DNA of 48,949 nucleotides from Candidatus Bathyarchaeia archaeon (lineage in GTDB: Archaea > Thermoproteota > Bathyarchaeia > Bathyarchaeales > Bathycorpusculaceae). The notes beneath the pieces were generated by a model that ran no database searches, had not been told where the DNA came from, and saw nothing but the letters and a program-made list of their open reading frames with translations. Below are positions 28,764 to 38,745 of the stretch, one piece after another. The stretch lies in contig JBMFMB010000011.1 of the NCBI GenBank assembly GCA_049970895.1, positions 1 through 48,949 on the forward strand, given 5' to 3'. Both the position numbers and the translations under genes were made by a program. Within the stretch, counting starts at the first letter, position 1. The number at the start of each line of letters is the position of its first letter.

Positions 28764-30008
28764 CTATTTTGTTTCGGCTTCAGGAGTTTTTGGTATTGGT
28801 TCTATCGCCCTTAAGAATCCATCCTTTGTTATGTCAACTCTTATTCTTCGGCGTTCAAAGTTGCACATTCGACAGTCTAGGACGCGGACTATGCGGACGA
28901 ATTCGCCTCTATCAACGCCTAAATCTACCTGTTGGTCATACCAGTAAACGCGTCCATAATCCACTATTATTGTTCCGTCAAGGTTATGGGCTAATCCTAT
29001 GCCTCCAGCCATGTCATAGCTGTCCCAGACTTCTGAACTTCGCTGGTTCACGTAGAGGGCTGTTATGCCATGCACCTGGTTGTAGCGGGCTAACTCCATA
29101 ACACGGTATTTTAGGGCTCCACGGTAAGCTTCCAACACGGTCACAGAGTCAATTATGGCTAGTTCAATCTTCTCCTTCTCGGCAACATAGCGGTAGGTTT
29201 CAGCGAAGGTGTTCCAATCACGAAGCTCGGGATAAGCCACAGTGTCCAAAACGAAGAGGTTTTCGCGTATCTTGTTCCAGTCTAAGCCCAAAATGTCGGC
29301 TTTCTGCTTAAGCCTAGACTGCAAATCAAAACGCGGAGTGGCGCTCTTCCACGTGTCTTCAGCCGTTGCATAAAGCACCTTCCTACCGGAGGCAGCAACC
29401 CTAACGGCTATTTCCTCAACAAGTATAGACTTTCCAGCCCCAGGCAAACCTGTTATGGCAAACTGCCCACAAATTGGAATTCCTTCTAGACTTTTTCCTT
29501 CTGGCGTTAGGAACAACTGGTCAAGGAATGTACCTGTTGGAAAGCCTAGCAGTGGTTTTTTGGCTTCTACTGCCTCATCTGGCCTAAGCACTAGCGTACT
29601 CAGCTTCTCTTTGCCCTCCTCAATTCTCGTTGTCATGGGCTTTGTGGCGAGCTCCCACTCGTCTGCTGGCGCCCTAACACTTTTCATGGCTTCTGCAAGG
29701 GTTTGAGCCATAGCCCTAACAAGACTCTCAATTTCTGGGGCAACAGCGGCTTCCGGCCTTGGCTGTTCCGGCGGCTTCACAGGAACCTCTGCTGGCTTTT
29801 CGGCTAGTTTTGGTTTGGCCTCCTCAATGATGAGCGCCCATAACTCGCCCCGGCGTTCCACAACCCCCTTGTTCTTAAGCGACTGTAATAGTGCGTAGGC
29901 TGATTTTGGTCCATACTTTGGTATGTTTAAGCCTTCTGCAATTTCGCTTAGGGATGCTTGCCCGCCGTGGGCTTTGAGAAACTCAACTATGTCATTTTCT
30001 TCAACCAT
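28764..30008 (-). CDS. KaiC/RecA-superfamily ATPase with N-terminal winged-helix domain and Pro/Glu-rich linker
   Basis: GLPGAGKS Walker A, IIDS Walker B, AGG..LAH..DGTI; N-terminal FLKAHGGQASLSEIAEGL...GVVERRG. Confidence 0.85.
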   Translation of the reverse strand: MVEENDIVEFLKAHGGQASLSEIAEGLNIPKYGPKSAYALLQSLKNKGVVERRGELWALIIEEAKPKLAEKPAEVPVKPPEQPRPEAAVAPEIESLVRAMAQTLAEAMKSVRAPADEWELATKPMTTRIEEGKEKLSTLVLRPDEAVEAKKPLLGFPTGTFLDQLFLTPEGKSLEGIPICGQFAITGLPGAGKSILVEEIAVRVAASGRKVLYATAEDTWKSATPRFDLQSRLKQKADILGLDWNKIRENLFVLDTVAYPELRDWNTFAETYRYVAEKEKIELAIIDSVTVLEAYRGALKYRVMELARYNQVHGITALYVNQRSSEVWDSYDMAGGIGLAHNLDGTIIVDYGRVYWYDQQVDLGVDRGEFVRIVRVLDCRMCNFERRRIRVDITKDGFLRAIEPIPKTPEAETK

Positions 30009-30081
30009 AAGTTTCTCCCAGTTAAATACAGCCTCTTTCTAAATATTTTTGTAAAAGTTTAGGCTTTTAAATATACCCCCT

Positions 30082-30600
30082 CTACAAGCCACTTTCTACA
30101 CGCCTTTTAAGTGGTTTGGCGAGTTCTATGGTTATCTTTCCACTTCTCCTTCTCCACTGCTGCTTTCTAAGCTACTCCCTAATTATGGATGGGGCGCTTT
30201 CCATGTCAAAGGGCTTCAACAAATAAGGATACGGCTTCTTGCTAGCTTTGCCAACCATCTCCATAACCTTTCGAAGAAGGCTTACCGGCAACAACTACAA
30301 TTTGGGTTAAAGGCCGCTCTACAAAATTTTTTGAGAAAATCCGTGAATTCTATGTCTATCAAAAAATAATCTAAGAAGGCTATGTTGGGACGCTTTACCT
30401 TGCCAATTTTAGGGCTTCTTCTCCAGTTTTTGCCGTGTCAACAGCGTAGCCCACATATTCAAGGACTGTTTTCAGAATCTTCCTTATGCTTTCGTTGTCG
30501 TCAACGACGAGGATTCTGGCACCTTCACCCATAACTTTTCCTCCTCTTCCCTCTCTACTTTTGGCTTAACTGGAACCGTTACCGTGAATGTTGCGCTCTT
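30082..30600 (-). pseudogene. Decayed response-regulator receiver gene, preceded by a histidine-kinase C-terminal remnant
   Basis: ATG at 30532 gives MGEGARILVVDDNESIRKIL...; later fragments NIAFLD and YLLKPFDM...IRE*LRKQ in shifting frames; upstream ATFTVTVP. Confidence 0.8.
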
Positions 30601-30700
30601 GTTGAGAATACTTTTACGGTGATTTTGCCGTTGAGCTAGGCCAGCGGTTATAAGCAAGAAATATATGAGATAAAACTCTCAAGGGCATGGGATAAAAACT

Positions 30701-31483
30701 TTGAGCAGACCAGAAATTGGAGTCTCAACCCTCCACTTATTAAGCCAACCATTCGACAAAATAACAAGACAGATCCCAAATCTGGATGTCAGCCATGTGG
30801 AAGTTGTGGATGATGGCTTACACGCATTGAACAAACGGAGAATTGTAGCACTTAAGGATATAGGGAAATCTTACAATATTAAATTCTCAGTTCACGCACC
30901 CTTTGCCGACATAAACATAGCCTCACCGTCACATTGTGTTCTGAAAGCCATGCTTAAACGATTAGAAAACTCTATACAACTTTCAAGTCAACTTGAAGCG
31001 CGTGTTTGGGTTTTCCATCCGGGATTAAAAACTGGCATAAGCATGTTTTATCCCGGCGAAGACTGGAACCAGAACCGGAAAACATCGCAGTTTCTCTACA
31101 AAGCTGCCGAAGATTACGGTTTAAAAATAGCCATAGAAAATGTTCCGGAGCCATACCCCTTTCTGTTGAAGGGCGTTAAAGACTTTGAAAGGTTTTACAG
31201 CGAAGTTTCAGAGCCCGTAGGCTTAGCCTTAGACATTGGGCACTCAAACATTAATGGGCAGACTGAGCAGTTTCTAAAAAAGTTTGAAGACAAAATTGTG
31301 CATATTCACGCCCACGACAACGATGGGAGGGATGACTCTCATCTGGGAATAGGCGACGGGACAGTTAATTGGTATAGGTTTGCGAGCTTACTGCGGGAAA
31401 TATCTTACAACAAGGTTGTTGTCGTGGAGTCTGTGGAGAAGGTTGCAGAAAGTGTTCAAAAGCTAAAAACCATGCTTAGCTAG
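30701..31483 (+). CDS. Sugar phosphate isomerase/epimerase (xylose isomerase-like TIM barrel)
   Basis: SVHAPF.DIN, HPG, IEN, LDIGH, HAHDN.G..D.H. Confidence 0.9.
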   Translation: MSRPEIGVSTLHLLSQPFDKITRQIPNLDVSHVEVVDDGLHALNKRRIVALKDIGKSYNIKFSVHAPFADINIASPSHCVLKAMLKRLENSIQLSSQLEARVWVFHPGLKTGISMFYPGEDWNQNRKTSQFLYKAAEDYGLKIAIENVPEPYPFLLKGVKDFERFYSEVSEPVGLALDIGHSNINGQTEQFLKKFEDKIVHIHAHDNDGRDDSHLGIGDGTVNWYRFASLLREISYNKVVVVESVEKVAESVQKLKTMLS

Positions 31484-31495
31484 GCTTGATGCTTG

Positions 31496-32413
31496 CTACT
31501 TTTTGGGAAGGGAAATCTCAATCTCCATGAAATCTTCGGCTATCTGAGTGTTCCTAAAAATTTTTCTAGCATTTTTAAGAAGCGCTTTTGAGTCCTCGTA
31601 CCTCGCGCTAATATGTGTCAAGACAAGTCTCTTCACTCTGGCTTTCTTAGCGTTTTCAGCCGCCTGACTTGGGGTTGAATGCCCATCCTCGTAGGCTTTT
31701 TCAGCTAACTCGTCATCCAAAGTGGCGTCATGAATGAGCAAATCCGCGCCAGCAGCAAAATCAGCCAAGCCATCAAAAGGTCTCGTGTCACCCGTATAAA
31801 CTATTTTCCTTCCAGGTCTTGGCGGCCCCATAACGTCTTCAGGTTTGACCGTTTTCCCGTTTGGAAGCCTAACCCTTTTGCCATGTTGAAGCTGAGACCA
31901 TAGGGGGCCTTCTGGAACGCCAAGAGCTTTGGCCTTTTCCGGATAAAATTTTCCTGGGCGTGGTTTTTCTACAAGGGCGTAGGCTAGGCTTGGTATAACG
32001 TGGTTCGCCCAGATAGCTTGAACCTTGTATTCTGGCTCTTCGCAGACGACGCCAGCCTCGTGGATCTCGTGAATTTCTATTGGGAATGTTAGGGCAAACT
32101 GCACCGTTTCTCTTATACACTTAACGAATTTTTCAATTCCAGGCGGTCCATAAACTTCGAGGGGCTTGTTCCTATCAAGTAGCGCCATGGTCTGCATAAG
32201 CCCCGGCAAGCCTAAAATGTGATCTCCATGCATATGCGTCACAAAAACCTTTGTTTCTCTGTGGAAGCTTGCGCCAGCCATCACCATTTGCCTCTGCACC
32301 CCCTCGCCGCAGTCGAAGAGCAGTTGCTCGCCCCCGCGCTTCACTAAGATGGCTGGTAAACTTCTTTTAGGGGTTGGTACACTTCCAGCCGTGCCTAAAA
32401 AGACAACTTTCAA
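31496..32413 (-). CDS. rnz: Ribonuclease Z
   Basis: FLGT...PT..R, DCGEG.Q, HMHGDH, GDT, HST, LTHIS.RY. TTG start at 32413 (the track ORF is over-extended). Confidence 0.96.
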   Translation of the reverse strand: MKVVFLGTAGSVPTPKRSLPAILVKRGGEQLLFDCGEGVQRQMVMAGASFHRETKVFVTHMHGDHILGLPGLMQTMALLDRNKPLEVYGPPGIEKFVKCIRETVQFALTFPIEIHEIHEAGVVCEEPEYKVQAIWANHVIPSLAYALVEKPRPGKFYPEKAKALGVPEGPLWSQLQHGKRVRLPNGKTVKPEDVMGPPRPGRKIVYTGDTRPFDGLADFAAGADLLIHDATLDDELAEKAYEDGHSTPSQAAENAKKARVKRLVLTHISARYEDSKALLKNARKIFRNTQIAEDFMEIEISLPKK

Positions 32414-32433
32414 GTTTATGGCACTAACCCCCT

Positions 32434-33471
32434 TTAAACCTTCATAAAAACTGCGATTTCTCGGGTTAGGCTTCTGTGCACATAAACCATGTGGGATTCC
32501 ACGTGTTTGTAGCCAAAATTCAAGCCTATTTGGCTTATGCCTATGGTTTTTGGTGCCGCCATGCATATGTATCCGCCCTTTTCCAGCATGCTGTAGACAG
32601 CCTCCAAACATTCTTCAATTATTTTTTTGGTGGTTCGCCCCAAAGTGGTTGCGCTTCTGCCGTAAGGCGGGTCTGCAACAACGCAGTCCACCTTTCGCAC
32701 TGGCGGGTTTTTTACATCAGCCACTATTATGCCTTCTGGTTCTATGCCAAAATGTTTGAGGTTTTTTAGGCTTCCATGTGCCATTCGCCTTTGAATGTCT
32801 GCGCCTAAGACGCGGCATCCTGTGAGGGCAGCTTCTAGGAGCATGCTTCCGGTTCCGCAGAAGGGGTCAAAAACCAGTTCGCCAGCTTTTGGTCTGGCAA
32901 GGTTTACCATGCACCTTGCCAGTTTTGGCGGCATAGCTGAAGGATGGAAGAAGGGCTTTTTCTTGGGACGCCTTTCCATGAAGGACTTTGGCGGGACATC
33001 TGCCAGTTTCAAGCCGAAAACAAGCTTTTCGTTTGTTAAAATGCCAACAAAGGTTTTTTCTGGATTTTGAAGGTTTACCTTCACTTTTTCAGCCGTGCCT
33101 AGGATTATTTCGCCGAGTTTGCGCTCTAAAGCCATTCCGTCAACTTCTCTTGCATGGTTTTTCACGTGCTTTATTCGAACAGCGAAACTTTCGCCGCTTT
33201 TTAGGTATTCGCTGACACTTATTGAGCGTAGAGTTTTAACTGTCTCGCTTGGCTCAGCCTTGCACGCGAAAAGCTCTAATGCACAGAGCCTCGTCATGGC
33301 TGCACGTTTTTTAACAGCTTCAGCGCATTTTTCGTCGGCTTCAACCCTTAAAACTTGGTCAAGTTTTTCCAAAACCTTGTAAGTGCAGCCTTCAGCCTCA
33401 AGTATGGCTTTAAGCTCTGCTACTGGAAGGGTTTCATGTTCGCCGGATAGGAGGAAGAAGAGTTTAGCCAC
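32434..33471 (-). CDS. tRNA m2G10 methyltransferase (THUMP + methylase; Trm11/TrmG10)
   Basis: LSGEH..LP..E, PFFHP, DPFCGTG, DPPYG. Confidence 0.9.
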   Translation of the reverse strand: MAKLFFLLSGEHETLPVAELKAILEAEGCTYKVLEKLDQVLRVEADEKCAEAVKKRAAMTRLCALELFACKAEPSETVKTLRSISVSEYLKSGESFAVRIKHVKNHAREVDGMALERKLGEIILGTAEKVKVNLQNPEKTFVGILTNEKLVFGLKLADVPPKSFMERRPKKKPFFHPSAMPPKLARCMVNLARPKAGELVFDPFCGTGSMLLEAALTGCRVLGADIQRRMAHGSLKNLKHFGIEPEGIIVADVKNPPVRKVDCVVADPPYGRSATTLGRTTKKIIEECLEAVYSMLEKGGYICMAAPKTIGISQIGLNFGYKHVESHMVYVHRSLTREIAVFMKV

Positions 33472-34348
33472 TTTCAAGCTCCCGTAAGGCTTGAGCAATG
33501 AGGGGAGCCAGTGAAACTTTGCTTACATGGCTTGGAATACTGTCTGTCCCAATAATCTCTTCAACGCCGGCTTCGCGGATGCACTTTTCAGCATCACCAA
33601 CAAGAAGCGGATGCACGCACGCAGCATAAACTTTGGCTGCCCCAAGCTCGTGTAGGACTTTTGCGGCTGCGATTATTGTGCCTCCAGTGCTGATAATATC
33701 ATCAAAAATAATGACTGTTTTATCCTTGACGGCGAACTCCTTCCTTTTAACGGTTACTCGTCCGGTGTAGCGGTCCCTCTGCTTTTCCAAGTAGCCGAAA
33801 TCTCCGTCTAGAACTTTTGCTGCTTCTTGGGCTATGCTTATTGCACCCTTGTCTGGAGCCAGAGCAAAAGCCTTTTCGAAGCCCCTCTGTTTAAAGTGTT
33901 CGGCTAATGGCGGAATAGCTGAGATGCTCTTTGCTTGGAAGGGGAGCTTGCCGAGAATGTTTTGCTGATGGATATTTACCGTTATTAGGCTGTCAACACC
34001 AGCGGCTTTAAGCATTCTTGCGATGGCTTCTATGCTTACCGCTTCGCCTTTTAGAAAGACTTTGTCTTGGCGGGCATAAGCCAGGTAGGGAACAACAGCC
34101 ACAACGCCTTTCGCATTGTTTCTTTTGGCAGCATCGGCAATTAATGTCAACTGTATTAGGTGTGTGTCCTGCGGTGGGCTTGTTGTCTGCACTATTACGG
34201 CTGTTTCGCCTTCAACTTCGCCTTCAAGCCTCACATAGTTTTCGCCGTCTGGAAAAGTCTTAAAAAAGACTGGAACTGTTTGGACGCCTAAAAGCTGGGC
34301 TATTTTCTCGCCTAGCTCCTTTGAGGCTGGCCCTGGAAGGATTTTCAT
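33464..34348 (-). CDS. prs: Ribose-phosphate pyrophosphokinase
   Basis: FPDGE, PYLAYARQD, PDKGA, DDIISTGGT. Confidence 0.96.
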   Translation of the reverse strand: MKILPGPASKELGEKIAQLLGVQTVPVFFKTFPDGENYVRLEGEVEGETAVIVQTTSPPQDTHLIQLTLIADAAKRNNAKGVVAVVPYLAYARQDKVFLKGEAVSIEAIARMLKAAGVDSLITVNIHQQNILGKLPFQAKSISAIPPLAEHFKQRGFEKAFALAPDKGAISIAQEAAKVLDGDFGYLEKQRDRYTGRVTVKRKEFAVKDKTVIIFDDIISTGGTIIAAAKVLHELGAAKVYAACVHPLLVGDAEKCIREAGVEEIIGTDSIPSHVSKVSLAPLIAQALRELESG

Positions 34349-34384
34349 TTAACCGCCGTTTTATCCTATGAAGTTTGGCTTCTT

Positions 34385-35659
34385 TTAGATTTTTCCAGTA
34401 GCCCTATACTGTTCAATAAGCTCCTTGGCTCTGCTCATTCGGATTTTGCGCTCTTCCACCATCTTCTCCGCCACCAAATCGATCAGCTCACCTGTTGCCC
34501 CGGCAGCGATGGCAATGTTTCTTGCATGAAGGGACATGTGCCCCCGCTGTATGCCCTCGTGGGCTAAAGCCCTTAACGCGGCTAGGTTTTGAGCTAAGCC
34601 AACAGCTGCCAAAACTTCGGCGAACTCGTTGGCTGTTTTCACGCCAAGGATTTTTAGGCATATCTTGGCTATTGGATGGGTGCGCACCGCTCCGCCTATT
34701 AGGCCTACGGCCATTGGCAGTTCTATTGAGCCTACTAAGTCGCCTTTTTCGTTTTTCTCCCATGTTGAAAGCGTCGTATAACGTCCGCTTCTTGCGGCGT
34801 AGGCGTGGGCTCCGGCCTCGACGGCTCGGTGGTCGTTGCATGTGGCGGTTACGACGGCTATTATGCCGTTCATGATTCCCTTGTTGTGGGTTGCAGCCCT
34901 ATATGGATCGGCAGCTGCAAAAGCCCAAGCGTTAACGATGCCGTCCACCACTTCTTCTCCACCAACAGCCTCTTTTGGGACAACACACCATGCCCTTGCC
35001 AGCCGTTTAACAGCCAAGTTGGATACTATCCGAAGGTAGACGCGTCCGCCAGTTATCCGCTCTATTAGGGGGGCAACAGCCTCACACATGGTGTTTACGG
35101 CGTTGGCGCCCATGGCATCGCGGCAGTCCACGTGCAACTCAGTGATAACCATCGGTCCCTGCACTGTTTGAATGACCTTTGCGTCTAGGTCTTTCGCTCC
35201 GCCGCCAATAGAAACAAGCACACCTTGGTCATTAGCCTTCTTTAAGATTTCATCTTTAGCCTGCAATATGCGAAGCCTAGCCGCATAAGGGTCTTTTATG
35301 CCTACGGCTTGTATCTGTCCAATCATTATTGGTGGTGTGCTGCTCGTGTGGAAGCCTCCACCATCCCTAGCCATTTTAGCCGCATAACTAGCCGCCGCCA
35401 CAACGGACGGCTCCTCAATAGCCATCGGCACCAAATAGTCCCGACCATTAATTAGGAAGTTAACGGCAATGCCCAAAGGCACCGGAATGGCGCCTATAAC
35501 GTTTTCAATCATGCGGTCAGCCAAGTCCAAGGGCAGACTGCCAGTATTCTGCAACAAAGCACACTCCTCGTCAGTCAAGCCGGCAAACTCCTTAACAAAG
35601 GCTAGACGCTCCTTAGGGCTAAGCTTATAAAAACCTGAAAACAGCGAAGACTTGCTCAT
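34385..35659 (-). CDS. mvaA: Hydroxymethylglutaryl-CoA reductase, class II
   Basis: ENVIG, EEPSVVAA, DAMGAN, HNKGIMNG, GIQRGHM.LH. Confidence 0.93.
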   Translation of the reverse strand: MSKSSLFSGFYKLSPKERLAFVKEFAGLTDEECALLQNTGSLPLDLADRMIENVIGAIPVPLGIAVNFLINGRDYLVPMAIEEPSVVAAASYAAKMARDGGGFHTSSTPPIMIGQIQAVGIKDPYAARLRILQAKDEILKKANDQGVLVSIGGGAKDLDAKVIQTVQGPMVITELHVDCRDAMGANAVNTMCEAVAPLIERITGGRVYLRIVSNLAVKRLARAWCVVPKEAVGGEEVVDGIVNAWAFAAADPYRAATHNKGIMNGIIAVVTATCNDHRAVEAGAHAYAARSGRYTTLSTWEKNEKGDLVGSIELPMAVGLIGGAVRTHPIAKICLKILGVKTANEFAEVLAAVGLAQNLAALRALAHEGIQRGHMSLHARNIAIAAGATGELIDLVAEKMVEERKIRMSRAKELIEQYRATGKI

Positions 35660-35757
35660 GCATTTTTCCTCCCCATTTATGGCAGACTAAATGGGAGCAT
35701 TGTTCGACTTCGCATTTAAACTTTGGGGGAAACGGGCTTTCTGACGTGGTGTCTCCA

Positions 35758-36156
35758 TTAGCTGGTGATGTCGCTTAAAGTTGAAACGTTTATCTGGGCT
35801 GCTATCTTTTTGAGAAGTTGCGCATCTTCAGTTATCAATGTTAGATTTTTCGCTTTTGCATAAAAGGCGTAAGATGCATCATAGAATGTTATTTTCGCTT
35901 TATTCGCCATTTCTAATATTTCCTCTTCGCTACAGTCTATTTGCAAGACTTCCATTATGCCGAGAACGCGCTTCACAATTCTTGCCAAACTTTTAATTTC
36001 TGTAGATGTGGCTTTCCCTTCTAGAGCGAAGCTTTTCCAAAGGACATTTCCAAGCTCGTATCTCGCCAATTCCAAAGTGCAGTTTCCAACTAAAACATCA
36101 ATATTATTCTCCTTTATAGCTTTGAAAATCGCCGATGAATCGAAAAGGTATTTCAT
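35758..36156 (-). CDS. vapC: PIN domain toxin (VapC)
   Basis: FDSSA, YELGN, YDASY, ITED. Confidence 0.9.
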   Translation of the reverse strand: MKYLFDSSAIFKAIKENNIDVLVGNCTLELARYELGNVLWKSFALEGKATSTEIKSLARIVKRVLGIMEVLQIDCSEEEILEMANKAKITFYDASYAFYAKAKNLTLITEDAQLLKKIAAQINVSTLSDITS

Positions 36157-36395
36157 CTCCGCATCCTATCCTCTCTTAAGTTTTTAACAACCTCTTTTAA
36201 GCTGACCTTGTCAAGAACTGGCTTAAGCTTTTCAACTTCCTCTTTAAGTCTTTCAGCCTCCTTACGCTTAACCTCATCCTCAATGGCTTTCCTCATTATT
36301 TTAGAGGGCTTAATCTTCAACTCCTTCATCTTCTCCTTAAGCTCCACAGGAATTTTTGCAGAAACAGTCGTATACTTACTCAAAATTCCCACCAA
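36153..36395 (-). CDS. Antitoxin (RHH/VapB-like)
   Basis: TVSAKIP.ELK, C-terminal REDR; 4-nt overlap with vapC. Confidence 0.85.
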   Translation of the reverse strand: MVGILSKYTTVSAKIPVELKEKMKELKIKPSKIMRKAIEDEVKRKEAERLKEEVEKLKPVLDKVSLKEVVKNLREDRMRR

Positions 36396-36526
36396 AATGT
36401 AATACCAAATAGCAAAATAAAAAGTTTACTCATAGTTTTTGCACCCTCTTTATCAGACTAAACAAGAACATTGTTTGCTTTTGTTTGTTAAAATTTTGAA
36501 ATGAAAAGAAGGGTTATTTGGAATAT

Positions 36527-37700
36527 TACTTGTATCTAAACTGCAATGCGAAAGTGTCATTTGTTACTTGTACATCCGACTTTGTTATGATGTAGAATGT
36601 TATATGCTAAACTGCATTTGCGGTAATAGTTCAGAATAAGAACTCGACGTTGATAAAGCATCAAGCGTCGCAATAGAATTACCAGTTACGTTGTTATAGA
36701 TTCTGATTTCAAACTGCATATAATATGTTGAATTGGCAGCGTCTATGACATTAATAACTATGCTATGATTCTTGTTGTCCAAGTTCATAATGTAAAGATG
36801 ATGGGTTATATCATTCGTCGTCCCGTTGCTGAGGAAGAATGAAAAATTGCGGTGTTACCCAAAATGCTCACTGTGCCAGCTTGTTCAATTCCTTTAACCC
36901 ACCAATCCTTCTTTCGTTTTCTTTCTTTTAGAGTTTCTATCTATTCATATTTTTACGAGGACGTAGGCTGACTGCCAAGACTATGGCGCGGGCTATTGCT
37001 AGGGCTGTGGCTGAGGCTATGAAGGCTGCCTCTCCCACAAGGGTTTAAAGGCGGCGTAGGTTGCTGCTACGGTTATGGCGGTGTCTGCGCCTAGGGCTAT
37101 GTACTACCATCGGGGCTTGAAGAATGTGTAGGTGCCCAACCCCACCACAAGCGTGTCGAAGGCTACTATGCCCACGAAGGTGGCTTCCCAATCCATCTGA
37201 GGAAGCATGACAATCGGGTGTGTGGCGACTTCGGGCATAGTTGGATAGGAAGAAAACCGCCAGTGTTAGGGCTGGCACTGTTACGGCTGCCATGAAAACT
37301 TTTGCGTGGCTTATGAGTCTCTTAACTATGCCTAGGTGAACGTTTACGGCTATTATGTTGGCTAAAGCCACACTTAGGTATAGGAGGCTGTACTAGAAGC
37401 GCATGTAGGGGTCAAAGGCGGCCATGAATTCTCGGCTTACGATTAGTGGTCGAAGCCAGCCAGCGCCGCCAACTGATAAATGTAGGGTAGTTGTGATGGA
37501 AAATGCTTATCCAAGAGGCATGTTAGGAGGCTCATGGCTAGAAATAGGTCTATGCCGCCAATGAGAAGAACTCTGGTTGTAGTGGGGAGGTCTCTGTTTC
37601 TTCTTATTTTAGACGTATGAATTCGGAATTCGAACTCGAACTCAAGAGTATAATTATGTGAGGGAAAAGATAAATCTTGTGTAATAATACTCACTACACA
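36527..37700 (-). pseudogene. Decayed membrane and surface-protein gene fragments
   Basis: Protein-like fragments in shifting frames with stops (GGIDLFLAMSLLTCLLD..., ALANIIAVNVHLG..., HLYIMNLDNKNHSI...). Confidence 0.5.
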
Positions 37701-37720
37701 CATAAGAAACCAGCGGAAAA

Positions 37721-38722
37721 CTAACGCCTAGGAAGGGCCATCGCCCTAATATTAAATTGTCTCTGGATATGCTTAGCCAAGGTTTCAGCATAACCAATCC
37801 GAAAGTTGTCTGTGACCACAAGCTTTGGCTTTGAGCGTCTCACATACTCCATTAAGCCGTCAAAATCTGAATGGTCGCTTAAGGCTACGACATACTCTTT
37901 ATCGCCTATTTCGCGGCATGGGACATCGAACTCCCAACCGCTAACATAAACACGGAAGCAGCCCCGTCCAACGTGGGCTCTTGAACCCATGTGGTAAAAG
38001 GCTAGGCATGGCTGGTTCTTATCAAGCAGTTCTTTGGCTTCCCTCTCCTCAAGCCTAAGCAGGCGATCTATGCGCATGCCGTGCTTTTCACAAATTTTTG
38101 AAATTTGGAAAACCCTCTGAGGCACGATAAAAGGAACCTTTACATCGGCTTCGTGGAGGATCTGCATAACCTCTTGAAGTTTGCCATGATAGCCGAAAAT
38201 GTAGACAACGCCATGTTTAAGCCCATCCCTCACAATGGAAACAAGCAGTTCTCTAACCTCGCTGTTGAAGGGGCGCCTGCAAGAAGGACTGCCATAAGTG
38301 GCTTCCATGACAAGCACGTCAGCCTCCAAAACCGGAGTGCCCTCAATCCTAAAATCCCCAGTATAAACAATCCTTGTGCCCTCGACGTCCTCAACAAGCA
38401 CTTGGCAAGCGCCTAAAATATGGTCCGCCTGAAAAAATGTAATGCTCTCTTCGCCGTAATGCATTGTTTTGCCATAATCAAGGGTTTCCACATAACCACC
38501 CATAAGGAATAGGGGGCTTTTCATGACGTCGATAAGGTCTTTTGTGGCCTTTGTCATCAGCACTTTTTCGCATGTTCTTAGGCTCTGCTGCAAGCCAATC
38601 ATGTGATCTGCATGCGCATGCGTAACAATCCTCAAGGGTTTAGAATTATCAAAGGCGTCGCATGCAACACTCTTGCCGAGAAGAACGGCGCCACGCTCAG
38701 TTATATTCGCTTTGTCAGCCAA
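37721..38722 (-). CDS. Metallo-beta-lactamase (beta-CASP-like) exonuclease
   Basis: THAHADH, HILGA.QV, YTGDF, EATYG, SGW, LSDHSDF. Confidence 0.88.
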   Translation of the reverse strand: MADKANITERGAVLLGKSVACDAFDNSKPLRIVTHAHADHMIGLQQSLRTCEKVLMTKATKDLIDVMKSPLFLMGGYVETLDYGKTMHYGEESITFFQADHILGACQVLVEDVEGTRIVYTGDFRIEGTPVLEADVLVMEATYGSPSCRRPFNSEVRELLVSIVRDGLKHGVVYIFGYHGKLQEVMQILHEADVKVPFIVPQRVFQISKICEKHGMRIDRLLRLEEREAKELLDKNQPCLAFYHMGSRAHVGRGCFRVYVSGWEFDVPCREIGDKEYVVALSDHSDFDGLMEYVRRSKPKLVVTDNFRIGYAETLAKHIQRQFNIRAMALPRR

Positions 38723-38745
38723 GATAGCGCACCAGCCTAGTGAGT

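Noticed and set aside
32414-32611. Long N-terminal extension of RNase Z in the ORF track
   Set aside because: It overlaps the TrmG10 gene; RNase Z homology begins at the TTG at 32413.
37617-37643. Short tandem GAATTC/GAACTC repeats
   Set aside because: Only four degenerate hexamers with no spacers; not CRISPR and no clear function.
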